64,000 nucleotides of DNA from NCBI RefSeq assembly GCF_009834535.1, contig NC_045696.1, positions 110,052,001-110,116,000 of the forward strand, in the 5' to 3' direction. This stretch comes from Camelus ferus. Taxonomy: Eukaryota. Position numbers and translations under genes: made by a program. Positions 38,181-50,754 of this stretch are shown piece after piece. The notes under the pieces are model-generated. The model worked only from the letters and a program-made list of their open reading frames with translations, ran no database searches and was not told the origin of the DNA. The first letter of the stretch is position 1; the number at the start of each line of letters is the position of its first letter.

Positions 38181-39722
38181 CATGATGACTTAAAAACCTC
38201 TCTCACAGCTTCAAAGGATAACAGGCCTATTTCCTACTAAGAGAGGTGAAAGTTTGCTCACTAGTCAACAATAGCGAATAGTGGAAGAGAAAACTGGTGA
38301 ATTTAAAACCTAGTTATTAAGATTCTGTTGGGGACTATGCTTTGTTGAAGCTGATTCCCTTCTCTTGATTTTTGCCTCGTCACACCCCACATTTTTCTTA
38401 AAAAACAAAACAAATTCTGCATGGCTGTCTTGCTTATGGTACCCCTTACCCCCATCCTCAAATTCCATTCACAATGATACCACTCAAAAACAGATTCTGT
38501 CGCTTCCTCTAATGAATTCTAAATGAAAAAAGATCTAATGGCCTTGGTCATTAAGAGTAAAAATAAGCCAGATTGGTGCATTTAGGATGTTTCTGTTCTC
38601 TGCAATGAACCACTGTTTAATTGAAATACCATCTCCGTCAACAACTCTGATGTAATCATAACATATTTGATACCAACAGTGACAGAATGTTGTGCTGAAC
38701 CCCTTAGTTAGATCCTCAGATAGAAGTGACTGCCTCTAATGACACCAGCATAAAAGAATGTTCTTCTTTATTCAGAAGAGCAAGGAAGACTGGACACACC
38801 CTGGTCTGAGTACCCCGAGCAGCCAGCGCTGTGCCTGGCACAGAGCTTGTGAGCACTCGTGCCCAGGCTCCTCCTTGCCTCCTTACTGAAAAGATCTGGC
38901 GGATCAGATTTACTGTCACTTTAAGGTTTTCAAACAGGGATGGCAGGTGACTCCTCTACAGCACAGCTTTTAGGGAAGCTCAGTTTTCTAGACCAAGGTG
39001 ATCAGGCGTCCCTCACAGGACTGGCTCCAGTGCCTTAAGAGGTTTAATGACAGTAATCAGGGGAATTCAACAAATTAGATTTTTCACTCTCTACTGTTGA
39101 GATACCTCTGGAATTAAAAAAGAAAAGGTCATTGTTCCTGAGTAGGAAAACGTTACCTAACGTGGCTTAAGGATCCCTTCTTGCCCTGATGTAAATAAAA
39201 TCAGGGTTGACATATTAAAAGTCCTAAAGGCTTTCACCCTGGGTATCAGCCCTTTGGCCCAGATGCTCTAACAAAACCCTCTTGCCAAAGGTCACTCCTG
39301 CATTCACAAAACCACAATCTTTAAGGCTAGAGAAAAAAATAATTTCTTTTTCATGGGATATCAAGCTAAAAGTTGAGATCTCTGTTGCCATGGAGATGGG
39401 ATTTTTCTTGTCGTGCTGGCCTTTTGCTGGCAGATGAAGCTAGTACTATAATCAATAGAAAACAGTACTTTCCCACATCCCTCTTGAGGACAGAATTCTA
39501 AGCAAAAGCATACAGAACCATATTTGACAGGGCCTAAATGTCCATGGGTAGAAATTTTCCCTGTGAAATACTAGAAGGCCCAGTCTATGGCTTCATCAAA
39601 GGGTTCACCAAAAGTCAAAGCAAACAGGCAAACCCCAGACTCTTACCAGTTCCTTGTCAGTATGTTCCTCTACCTCTTTTGGCCCCATCTAATGAGTCCT
39701 TCATATGTCTGAATTGCTTCTT

Positions 39723-40068
39723 TTTTTCAAAATTTTATTTTATTTAGTTATAGTCACTTCACAATGTTGTGTCAATTTCCAGTGTAGAACACAATTTTTC
39801 AGTCATACATGAACATACTTATATTCAGTCTCACAGTCCTTTTCACCATGAGCTACCACAAGATCTTGTATACATTTCCCTGTGCTATACAGTATAATCT
39901 TGTTTATCTATTCTGCATATGCCTGTCAGTATCTACAAATTTCAAACTCCCAGTCTGTCCCTTCCCACCCCCACACCTTAGCAACCACAAGTTTGTATTC
40001 TATGTCGATGAGTCTGTTTCTGTTTTACATTTATGTTCATTTGTCTTTTTCTTTTCTTTTCTTTTAGA
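39723..40068 (-). mobile_element. 5'-truncated lineage-specific L1 3'UTR
   Basis: Perfect 15-bp TSD TCTGAATTGCTTCTT at 39708-39722 and 40069-40083; TT/AAGA endonuclease-type site. Confidence 0.93.
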
Positions 40069-40719
40069 TCTGAATTGCTTCTTAATCAAGAACCAACTTG
40101 AGGTGAGAATTCCTTAGTCTCTGAATTTTGGAGTAAAATTAAATGGCATAAATGAATCTCTCTAGAACACTGTGCCTCAAATTTGCAATCAAGTGATCTT
40201 CTACTTGACATCTTGGTGCTACTTCATTCCATTGTCATCTGAGCTGAAACCTCTCTGGCTTTGCTTTTCTTTTGATCATTTGTTCATCTTAAAGTCCTAG
40301 AATGTTTTCTTCTTCCCCACAGAGGAACAGGTTGGTGGAGAGGAACAATCATTTAAAGCTTTTCCCAATATAACAGACGAATGGATGACACCTCCTCCAA
40401 CTTCCCACAGGTATGTATTAAAACAGTCAGCAGCCACGACCTGTAGAACCCACTTTAAAAATATGGTGATTCAAGCAGGGTGTGTATGTACACATGTTTA
40501 TATCGCTGACAGGAGAAAAATCCTGCTCTATGTGTAACGATCTCCTTCCAGAGGCAAGTAAGTGGAATGAAATAGGATCAAACGAACACATGCCTAACCA
40601 GTGGACCAGTCAGTTTAAGCGTGCTGGTGTCATAAGAGGTAAACCACCCTAGGAGTAGGATGGCATGCACCTGTATGGGTAGCAAAAGGAAAGAGAACCA
40701 AGGCAGAGCCAGTACTGTG

Positions 40720-41110
40720 GGTTCACCAAACTCACTTCTTCCTTCTGCAGGTCATGGAGCTTAACTACAGGTCCAAAGCTCCCCAGCAGTTAGGTGGGGC
40801 CACGTGACTGAGTAGTTCTAGTCAGTGTCCTGGATACAGACCCACCTGTGTCTGTGCTGTGTGAGCCTCTACTCTCTCTCTCACTCTGCTGCCAGGTGAA
40901 TACAGAGAACCCAGGGGATGGATGCTCAATCTGTGAAGAAGGAAGACAAATTGTAGAGAAATTCTAGGTCCCTGAAGGGAATAGGACCCTTCTCCACCTC
41001 ACCTCTTGCCAATCTACACTTGGTCAGCATGTGAGTGATGGATGCATTTTTATCATGTCAAACCAGTGAGATTTTTGTTAAAGCAGCCAACATTACCTAC
41101 CCTGACTGAA
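40720..41110 (+). mobile_element. MaLR LTR (MLT1I/J-like)
   Basis: cagttaggtggggccacgtgactgag...aaaccagtgagatttttgttaaagcagccaacattacctaccctgact. Confidence 0.65.
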
Positions 41111-44100
41111 AAAGGCAGCTAAATGGATCCTGAAATATGGTTCTTTCTGTATGTGCAGCCCCCGTTAAGGAGTCAAACAGTATCTTGAACTAATCTTTAA
41201 TAATTCACATTAGAATTTTGAGGCAACTCTCGGGAGATGGACACTGTTGATTAATCCTCTGAGCATAAGGATGAAGAAGCAACAATAGTTAATAGTGCAA
41301 ACCTGGACTCGATGGCCAAAAACATAAATAAAATTTCTCCTTCTTTACTTTCCCAAACTCTCCACGTCTATGAAAAAAAGGCAAAAAATAAATAAGATTG
41401 CCTCTAAAAGCCTGAGCTCACAAATGTCATTTCAGGGTAAGGATGGGAAGGACAAGGGAAGGAGAAAGGACCATCTATAACATCCAATCTCTTTCACTTT
41501 ATTCACTCATCGTTTCTATGGGGAGATTATCCCCCTCCAACACCACTTTTCATTTTGCAAATGTGTAGTGTGCAGACTTTCCTGGTTCGATGGGAAAGGT
41601 TTCCAAGAAAATTAAATGTCAAGGCTGCTTGGCTTACTGGTTTTGTTCTGTATAAATTCTCTTTTTAATTCAGCTTTGAATAATAACTTTCCTCAGTGTC
41701 AACGCGACAAATTAGCTTCAATCTTAATGGGGTGTGAAGATTGAGAAAGGAGGCGAGGACCAGCTATGGTTCTCATCTTAGCAGGTTAGAAATAGAGAAT
41801 TAAGTCTAAAAGACAGTCTTTAATGGCGGTGAGGAAGACGTGGCACATGAGGCATCAGATTTTTTTTTTTAAAGCCTATTGATTATTTGTTCCTGTCTTT
41901 TTCCTTTTCCAGAGTTTGGTGCCTTAATACATGCAAAGCTTAGAGTAAGCCAGGACACTCCCCCGAATTTCCTGAATAGGAAATTGCTGGGAAACCTATG
42001 CTGTCCTGTTAGATGGCACTCAAAATGACTACTGAAGTTAATGAGTTAGTGAGTCCCCCAGGAGGCTCAGGCCCAGAATTCCTCCCCCAACCTCTCAACC
42101 CTGCGGTGGCCCCATATACCACCATTCCATTATATAACTTCCAGCACTGGGGTTGGTCGTGGTGGGCTGATGGTGAAGACTGGTTTAGGGGTAGATCTAA
42201 TATTCACTCAAAACAATTTTAATCTTTTTAAACTGCCCCCCCCCCAGTTTATCTATATTAAAATATAAAACAAAAGTTAAGAAACAGTCTCTCTATATAT
42301 ATGTGATTCAAATCAGTCCAGGTACTTGGAGATAAAACTTTATTTTATGTTATCTGCATGTGCAGGACACACATAAGCATGTGATTTCAAAATTCTCTAC
42401 CATTAGAATGAAAGAATGTTATAACTGTGGCATGCTTAAAATAAAATATACTGTTGCCCATTACAAGGACATTCATAGTCCTTCCCTTTACAATGGGAGA
42501 AGATAGCTCAGAGAGGCTAACATGCCCAGGGTCTGGTTCTGTGATATGACCAACTGATTTGATATGATAGGATACACACACTCATACACACACACATGCA
42601 CACATGTGCACACACAGGGAGACGAGAAATGATATACCAATTTGCATGTTAAAACCTCAGATGTCTGGAAGCAGTATGAGAATCTTTAAAATATCATATC
42701 CTCAAAGCATGCATCATCCAGCAAAATTATTCTTAAAGACTTGAAACCGAGGATTAGCAAAGCTGTTGTCAATTTTGTTGCCAAGGTTTCATCAAAAGGA
42801 AGTTTGGATTGGGAGGACTTATTTCATTATATGCTCTTTCCAGGGATAACCACACAATCAATGGAGGACACATTTCCCAGAGATTTGTCACAATATGCTC
42901 TTGACTGACACTTCTGTTTCTACTCACAGAGGACAGACTTAGTTTGCAGCTGAATTTTGATCCCTAAGCCTTTCCAGAGTATTAAAAATTGACCCCAGCA
43001 CAGCAGTTGATGCTACGCATTTTAAAAATGATTTCACATGACATGTCTTTGCAGGTACAGTTCAGAGCTAGGACAGTAAGAAATAAATTACAAGCTGTGT
43101 TTATAGCAGGAACAGGACAGTATATCAGTTCAAATGATTTGAGGGAAGTTAACCAACTCCCACCTCCAACGTTTTAAAAGGAAGATTCAGAAATTTGCCG
43201 CAAACAGATCACAAAGAGTTACCAACCCTGTGAAGCAACACTTAACAGCTCCTGATAAAGCAGACAGTGCTGGCTTTAGAGAAAACAATAACAAAACGAA
43301 ACCAAAAATGGGTATTATTCTTGACCCTCCAACCTGAGGAAGTCATCCCCGTTTTGGAGCCTGCATCCTCTGACAGGCTGGGAAGGTCCTCAACTCATCA
43401 GCTACAGGCAGTGGAGGCACCCGTTCATTCTTGGGGGAGAGTTTTCCTACAGCTGGAGAAATCAGTGAGCACTCACGGCCCCCTGCTCCACTGCCAGGAG
43501 TTAGCCTGTAGGGTCCCTCTGGCTCTGCAAACACGAAGGGGAATGCACACATGGGCATAGTGTCAAGGAAGAGCTCACCAACTCTCCCTTCAACCTGCTC
43601 TGCCGCCGGCTCAGAGGACCATGGGGAGCTGGGATTAGACTACTGCATAGGTAGGTAGTGCCTGGGCACGGAACAAGAGAGGCCTGTGTGGCACTAGACA
43701 TGAAATTGCTCATCAGGCACCTTCGGAGACAGGAAGTGTAGACAGGGTAAAGGGCAGAGTGAAATCTAACAGTTAAACTGAAAGCACCCATGTGTCCATG
43801 TAATAGGGGAGAAACTATTTGGAGCTGGGACCCCCAATCAGGAAGTTACTTTTCCAACCAAAAGAAGCTGAAAACATTCTCTCCTATTTAGTCTATAGTC
43901 AGAGTAATGATGTCATTGCCTTGAGAGAGGATACAGATCAGAGAAACAGACAGGGCCAGAGCAACAAAGCCAAGCCAAACCTGAATTAAGTGGTAGATCA
44001 GGCGGCTATGATTCTGGAGCATTTATAGCAAGATACAAGCTTCTTTACAAATACAGCAATGAAGATCATATTTTAAGAGACTTTTCAGAAGTTGTGTAAG

Positions 44101-44951
44101 CAGAAACTAGGATAAACTCTATAGACGAGGAACAAAATATTGGTTTACTATTGTGCAATCAAGAATATCATGGAAAAGACTTAGCAGGATAAAAAATTAG
44201 TGTTCCATTGAATGTCCTTTGACAAATTAGCTACATACATATATGGTTTGGTTAATTTATTACAGAACATATGCACTTGGCTTTCAAAGTTTAACTCATA
44301 GTGCCTGTAACCTAGAAGTTCTGGGGTGAACAGTTTTTAAAATGTCATCTATGAATAACCTGCCTTCCTTTTGATCCCTCATGTGCTGTTAGAGAGAAAA
44401 CGGTCCACTATTCACACTCTTAACCCGTCGCCATTTAACTGACTTGCTGAATTAACCAGTACCCACCATTCCTTCATCACATCATACAGACTGATGCCCG
44501 TGGACACTGAGAACTCACAGGGAACAAGTTCTCTCTGAGGTGTCTTCCACTTTGTTTCAAGAGTCAGTTGTGTCTCCAAATATGTTTATGTCCATTTTAT
44601 GTGTTATTTTAGTAATGACAAAAAAAATGACTAAAAAGAGTTGTCTGTATGAAAACTAAATCAAATGCTTTGAATAGGCTTAGTTAGGCAAGTTTCCTTT
44701 AACGATGCTTTCAATTAGGTATCAAGGCAATTGTGAAGTGTTTTTTTAAACTGTAAAAAAATCTAAGATCCTACGCTCAAATTTCTTTGCAAGTGTCTCA
44801 AAAAGTAATTGACCCAATAAAGAAAATACAAGTAGAAATTGTCGACAAAGCATTATGGGGGTGATTAACGCCAGAAATAAGCAGCAGAACTCTAATTGGA
44901 AGGTCAATAGGTAAAGAAAAGGTCTTTTATCCATATTAAGAGTGCTGTATG

Positions 44952-45056
44952 TGAAAATGAATATATGTATGTTCATGTATGACTGAAGACTTGTGCTGTA
45001 TACCAGCAATTGACACATTATAAACTGACTGTACCGCAATAAAAAAAGAAAAAGAA
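44952..45056 (+). mobile_element. Very short (~105 bp) L1 3' end
   Basis: atgtatgttcatgtatgactgaag...aataaaaaaagaaaaag; TSD AAGAGTGCTGT(A/G)TG at 44938-44951 and 45057-45070, preceded by TT. Confidence 0.9.
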
Positions 45057-46317
45057 AAGAGTGCTGTGTGAGTGTACATTTACGTTAAACTAGAATTAAA
45101 TGTTTAAATATGTACATATATAACTCTTCATGATTCTCTGTTTTAATCACTTTGTAAAAAAATTAGTTCTAATTACTTCTAATGTAACACATTTTACTGT
45201 AACTAAATGTCCAATCTAGCTTAAATTTTAGTTCAATAAAGTAATTTTAAAAGTTCCTTTAGAAAATATTCAGGTTGCCTGGTAGCTTTCCCTCTTCCTA
45301 TGATGGCGCCAGCCCCCCCAGGGTCTGATGGGGGCGGGGAGGGGCATCGGGCACCGTGCTGGTCCTGGTACACGCACTGCCTGGCACCCGCTGCTCTGCA
45401 GTAACGCCCCTTGTTTCCCTGTCGCCTGTGGCTTCTGATGGTGAAGAACGAGACCGTCCCCTTCTTTCACCTCCAGCCATGCTCCGAGGTAAGCCTGGCC
45501 AGCTCCCCTTTGCTGTTCAGCTTTTCCTCAGCCGGCCGCAGACCCCACAGTGTGCCCCAGCACCACTCACCCCTGGCTCCACGGTCCACCCCAACACCTG
45601 CTATGATGCTTCTGTTTCTTCTTTCGGCATCCTTGCCGTGTGGAAACCAAGCTGCTCCACGCTGGTTTGGAGGACCTCCGGCAGCGCTCCTCCCCACTCC
45701 CCAGTCCCAACCAGAGCACAGGGCTAGAACCCTGTGCCGGGGCACTTCCCTGAATTCTTCAGTCTCCCAACACCAGATCTCAGAGAGAACTCTGGAGATG
45801 CCCCTCTTGTGCTTGCTTCTGTCTCCCTCCCTCTTTCCATTTCCTCTTATATCATCTTATCTTCTTCCTGACTCCACCCTCCACACTGTGGGAGAGCCCT
45901 GTGAGCTGGGCCCTCCAGACTGGTCCTCTCTTGACCTAAGGAGCAGGTAAAGGAACTCAGTGGCCCTTCCCATCCCGCAATGCCTGCTTTCGAGCCCACC
46001 ATCTTGCCAGTCTCCCGCACTAAAGACCCCACTGCGCCTCAGGAGTGGGAGTGATGTGCTGTGATGAGACAGGACTCTAAGAGGAGGAGGAGATGTACCG
46101 GTTTAATGTCTGTGAAGACATACATATACTTACTTGTTTTTATTTATGTATTTACTTATCATTCCAGAGTGAGGATTCAAGCATTCCCAATGAATACTTC
46201 TGTTATTAAGGTTCCTCTACCTCCAGCTAAGGATTAACACCTGCTGTTGCTCCACACAGATGTCTGGACTGGACAATACAGTCAGGATGCTGGCACCAGA
46301 GAGGACAAAACTGAATC

Positions 46318-46467
46318 TGAGGAGAGGGTATAGCTCAGTGGTAGAGTGCACACTTAGCATGCATAAGGTCCTGGGTTCAATCCCTAGTACTTCCATTAAA
46401 ATAAAAATACATAAATAAATAAAAAACCTAATAACCCTCCCAAACAAATAAAAAAAATTAAAAAAAA
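46318..46467 (+). mobile_element. tRNA-Ala(AGC)-derived SINE (camelid Vic-1-like)
   Basis: A-box TAGCTCAGTGG, B-box GGTTCAATCC, A-rich body and tail; TSD AAAACTGA(A/G)TC at 46307-46317 and 46468-46478. Confidence 0.9.
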
Positions 46468-47229
46468 AAAACTGAGTCGGGGCACCTCTTACAGAAACAC
46501 CATCTTATCAAGGCATATTTGGTCTGGGTGCTCTGTCACGAGAGGTGTCTTCCCTGCACTCCAGAAGGCTTCACTGAAAGGACACTTGGGCCCTATGGAA
46601 GAATGAGGTTTCTTGGCTGAAGCAGTTTCTCTAGCACACATAGGCAAATAAAGGCAGAAGGCAGTGTGTTTAAGGCTACAAGACTATTAAAATGCGGAAA
46701 GAAAATGCCTTATGAACCCTCAAAGCAGCAGACATAAAAACCACATCGTGACAGGAGCATACCCCTACCTAACGACCCTGGGACTCCTAGGGTTCCCTTC
46801 TCATGACCTGCTAATGCGTGCATGTGCCCAGTGATAATTCTATACGGGGAGTCTCAGGCTGTTCTCTCCAAAGGGTGAGCCCCAGAGGTCTTTTTAGAGT
46901 CTACTCTCGCTTAAGCTTAGAGAAGGTCTCTGGGGAGACCCCAATCTGTGCATTTGCCTAGATAAAAGCAAAATTTAATCTTTTATATTCTGCTATCAGT
47001 CCTGAAAAGAGAAGTCAACCTTCCCTGGCCCCAGTGCAGTCTGGTTAATTGATCTACCGCTGGGAAGAAAGGATTCTGCTTCCATTAAAATTGGAATGAA
47101 AATCCTGCAGTCAGTGCATGTGGAAACTATCAGACCTTCCTTGACACATTTGGCAGCTTGGTGGCAGATCAAACTAAGCGAGGTTGCTTAGACAGGGTGA
47201 GATCTACCAGGTAGAATACTAGATGGGGT

Positions 47230-47455
47230 AGATTTGGAGCCAGATCACCCAGGGTCCAGTCTTGCGAACCAAGACATTTCTAAGCCACATGCCTTTGGGG
47301 AAATTTCTGAACTCTCTGTGCCTCAGTTTCCTCATCTGTAAAATGGGAAAATGGGGATAACTGTGTCATATAGGGTGGCTGGTGATGGTTAAATGAAAAG
47401 CACTTAGAGCAGTGCCTGGCACACTCAGTAAGCACTATGTAGGTGTTGACTAATA
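47230..47455 (+). mobile_element. MIR
   Basis: Core ctctgtgcctcagtttcctcatctgtaaaatggg; aaagcacttagagcagtgcctggcaca. Confidence 0.9.
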
Positions 47456-50173
47456 TCATCGTTAGAGTTTTAGAAAATCTTCAGCAGCAAAAGGCCAGGT
47501 TCCATGCATAAGTCATGGGAATTTTTAACAACAAAAGTGGCAAATGAGATGTTAAAGTAGGTAAATGAGAAAACGAATGGTTCTCTATCAGGAAATTGTG
47601 AGAATCTAGCCGTTCGTATTTCTTTAAACTAAGTGTTGACTTCTCATAAGCAGGGTAATTAGTATTCATGCTTGGCTCATTTAAGAGGCAGGCTTTTTCA
47701 GAAAAAGTGTTACTGAATAGAATCCCTTCATAACTAAATGGACATCTATTTAACTAAATCTTATGCTATTTTTCCTGATGCCCTCATCAAACGTTTCTCA
47801 ATCTTTTCACAGAAGAACATCTAATATAAAATGAGAAAAAAATATATATATATCATCCACCTCCACCCTAGTCCCACCTTCTGGAGTCTCAGGGTACAGT
47901 GGAAAATGGTCTCTCTAAGCAGGAAATTTCTTTCAAGTCTTCTGTTTTGTCTTTAAAAATCATATACATTTTGCTTTATATTCTGTAATATGTACAATGT
48001 ATTTTAATTTAAAAATAATTTTAAAGTTATTTATCATTAATAAAACTTGTTTACATTATTTTGCCCCCAGTATCCTCAAGTAAACTCGTTAATCTCTAAA
48101 AGCACATCCATGTTCCTACTCTTCCTCACTTACCTACATGTTAGGAACATGGGTCCGGGTGATAGGAGGTTTAATTGTTCATTATGTAGGGGTGGCAAAC
48201 AAATCAGTCTGAAGATTAGCCGTGCCCAGAAAGTATGCATGATAATGCCTTTGTCAAAAAATAAAATCATCACAATTCAGCATGAATATCTATGTCTTTG
48301 AATGTGTCTTTGTTAGAAATACATACTAACAAGTAAATATGATTTCTTGTATCCTGGGGACATCTCTCTGTAAAACAACAAACCCCCCCCCCCAGCAGTA
48401 TATTTTAACAGAATTAACAGAACTAAAATTTTAGTACCTTATTTTGCCTAGTTTTGGTTTAATTATGCTTTAAATTATCTGTGATCGTTCCTCTCCCCAC
48501 TTACACCTTAGTTAACTGAGAGCTGGGAGATCCCAGAGTCTATGTGGGGTTGCTCAATAGGCAGCATCTCAGAAAATTTGCTGTTTGTTTTTTCACCTAA
48601 GCAGAAATGGAATGGTGGGTAGCCTCAACTGTCTTTTTCTTTTTTATGCAGTATAGGCCTGTGTATGTAGAGGTAAACAGTGTGAATATTAGTTTTCCAT
48701 AGTAGTCATAAATGGAGCTAAAAACGCTTAGTTTGGAATTCTTAAACTAAAAAAAAAAAATCTCCCGGGAAGCCACATTACCACTTTTTACAAGTGGATG
48801 GAAAATAACATTAAATCATCTCTTACCATGCAATTTTAAGAACACTGTTATTTTAATAAAAATGAGAATGCTGTGATGTAAAAGTTAGTCCTCTCTCCAT
48901 GTCTCCCCACTATTAACATCAGAGTCCTACTGAAATAACGAATGCATTGTTAATAAACCCAAGAAAATAAAAACTTTTGTATCCAACCCCACCTTTGTTT
49001 CCAGTACATCTGTGCTGAGATGGCCTGTTGTTAGTCAGCCAGCTAATCACGTCTTTTGTTCACATCACTGTTTTTCCTCATGGGGCTAATAGACACAGCC
49101 ATCTGGTATTTGATAGATAATTGCCTTTCCAAGTCCCAGGAGCCCGGGAAGCATCTCAGGGGAAACTGAACTAGATGATCTGTCCCAGGTAGAGCAAGGA
49201 ATGGAGCCAAGATGGAAGGGAGCGTACAGTGATCTTTTTCAACCGAAGCACAGATTCTGCCCAATGTTACAATAAGCCTGGAGTTTATATGGGAAATGAC
49301 GGTTCTGGTAAAACTCTTTAGTACGACTTAGCCAAGAATCTGCTTCCACTTTCCTTGGCAGCCTCGTCTCCTACCAGTTAAATCGAGTCAGCATCTCCAG
49401 GCTTAGAAAGCTGCATAGTTCACAAGCCCTCTCAGGCGATTCCAGCATCCAGCCCTGACACTGGGGATAAAATAGTGACGAGCACACAGTCCCTTTCCTG
49501 CATAGATAATACTCGGGCATTTTGTTTATAATCACTTTTCTGAGTATAAAAGATATTTCTTTCATGCCTATTGCAGAAAGCTTGGAAAACAGAAAAGCCT
49601 TAAGTTAGGCCCAGAACCACACCATTCAATGATAATCACACAGTTAATATCCTATATACACCTGTAAATACTTCTTTTCCAAAATGTAAGATTATATGTA
49701 GAAGACAGTTACTCTTTCTGTTTTTCACTTACCAGTATGTCACGAGGAGTTTTTAATAGGATACTATCTTTTTATTGATTTGTAAATTCTCGTTACAGTT
49801 ATTGATTTTAAAATGCTCTTCTCAATTACTTAAAACCTTCCAATGCGAACCGAATCTAAGTCTGCTCAGGTCCAATATCCTTTTGGTATTTATTCTTTCA
49901 GGGGGATCCCAGGGGCTGTCGTTTGGGTTCCAAACAAGCAAAGAAGCCCTCACGAAGCCTCTTCATCTTCGTGAAATGGTGATCTGAAGACTGTCCTCAA
50001 TCCATCCTTTCCAGCCACTCTACTCTGTGGCTTTGACCCTTTTAGGAGTGATATGGAAATACGCCATATAAATAGAGGTTGTTCTTTATGAGCCTCCAGT
50101 CTTCCCAGGAGTTCAATAAGAACATAGAAAAATGGCTTTTAAGAGGATCAAGTGGAATTCTATGAAATTTATT

Positions 50174-50754
50174 TTTTAATTAAAGTTTATTTTATTTTAT
50201 TATTATTTTTAATTAAAGTATAGTTGATGTACAATATTATATAAGTTACAGGTGTACAATATAGAGGCTCACAATATATGCCTTTTATAGTTATTACAAA
50301 ATATTGGCTATATTCTCCATGTTGTACAATATATCCTTGTAGCTTATTTTATACCTAATACTTTGCTCCTCTTAGTCCCCTGCCCCTATACTGCCCCTCC
50401 CTGCTTCCCTCTCCTGATTGGTAACCACTGGTTTGTTCTCTATATCTGTGAGTCTGCTTCCTTTTGTTATATTCACTAGTTTGTTGTATTTTTTATTTTC
50501 CACATATAAGTGATATCATACAGTATTTGTCTTTCTCTGTCTGACTTATTTCACTTAGCATAATGCCCTCCAAATCCACCCATGTTGCTGCAAATGGCAA
50601 AATTCCATTCTTTTATTATGGCTGAGTAGTATTCCATTGTATATGTATACCACATCTTCTTTATCCAGTCATCTGTTGATGGGCACTCAGGTTGCTTCCA
50701 TATCTTGGCTATTGTAAATAATGCTGCTATGAACAGTGGGGTGTATGTATCCTC
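50174..50754 (-). mobile_element. L1 3' end (older, artiodactyl-type)
   Basis: aagtatagttgatgtacaatattat; ORF2 tail [35 protein letters not shown](A/C)AATTTATT at 50162-50173 and 50755-50766. Confidence 0.9.

Noticed and set aside
45411..45950. Longest ORF (179 aa) and overlapping ORFs
   Set aside because: Non-ATG start, no recognisable domain, and open frames on both strands are expected in GC-rich DNA.
46324..46395. tRNA-Ala gene
   Set aside because: Followed by a SINE body and A-tail, flanked by a TSD, with a second family member at 59378 and mismatched stems.
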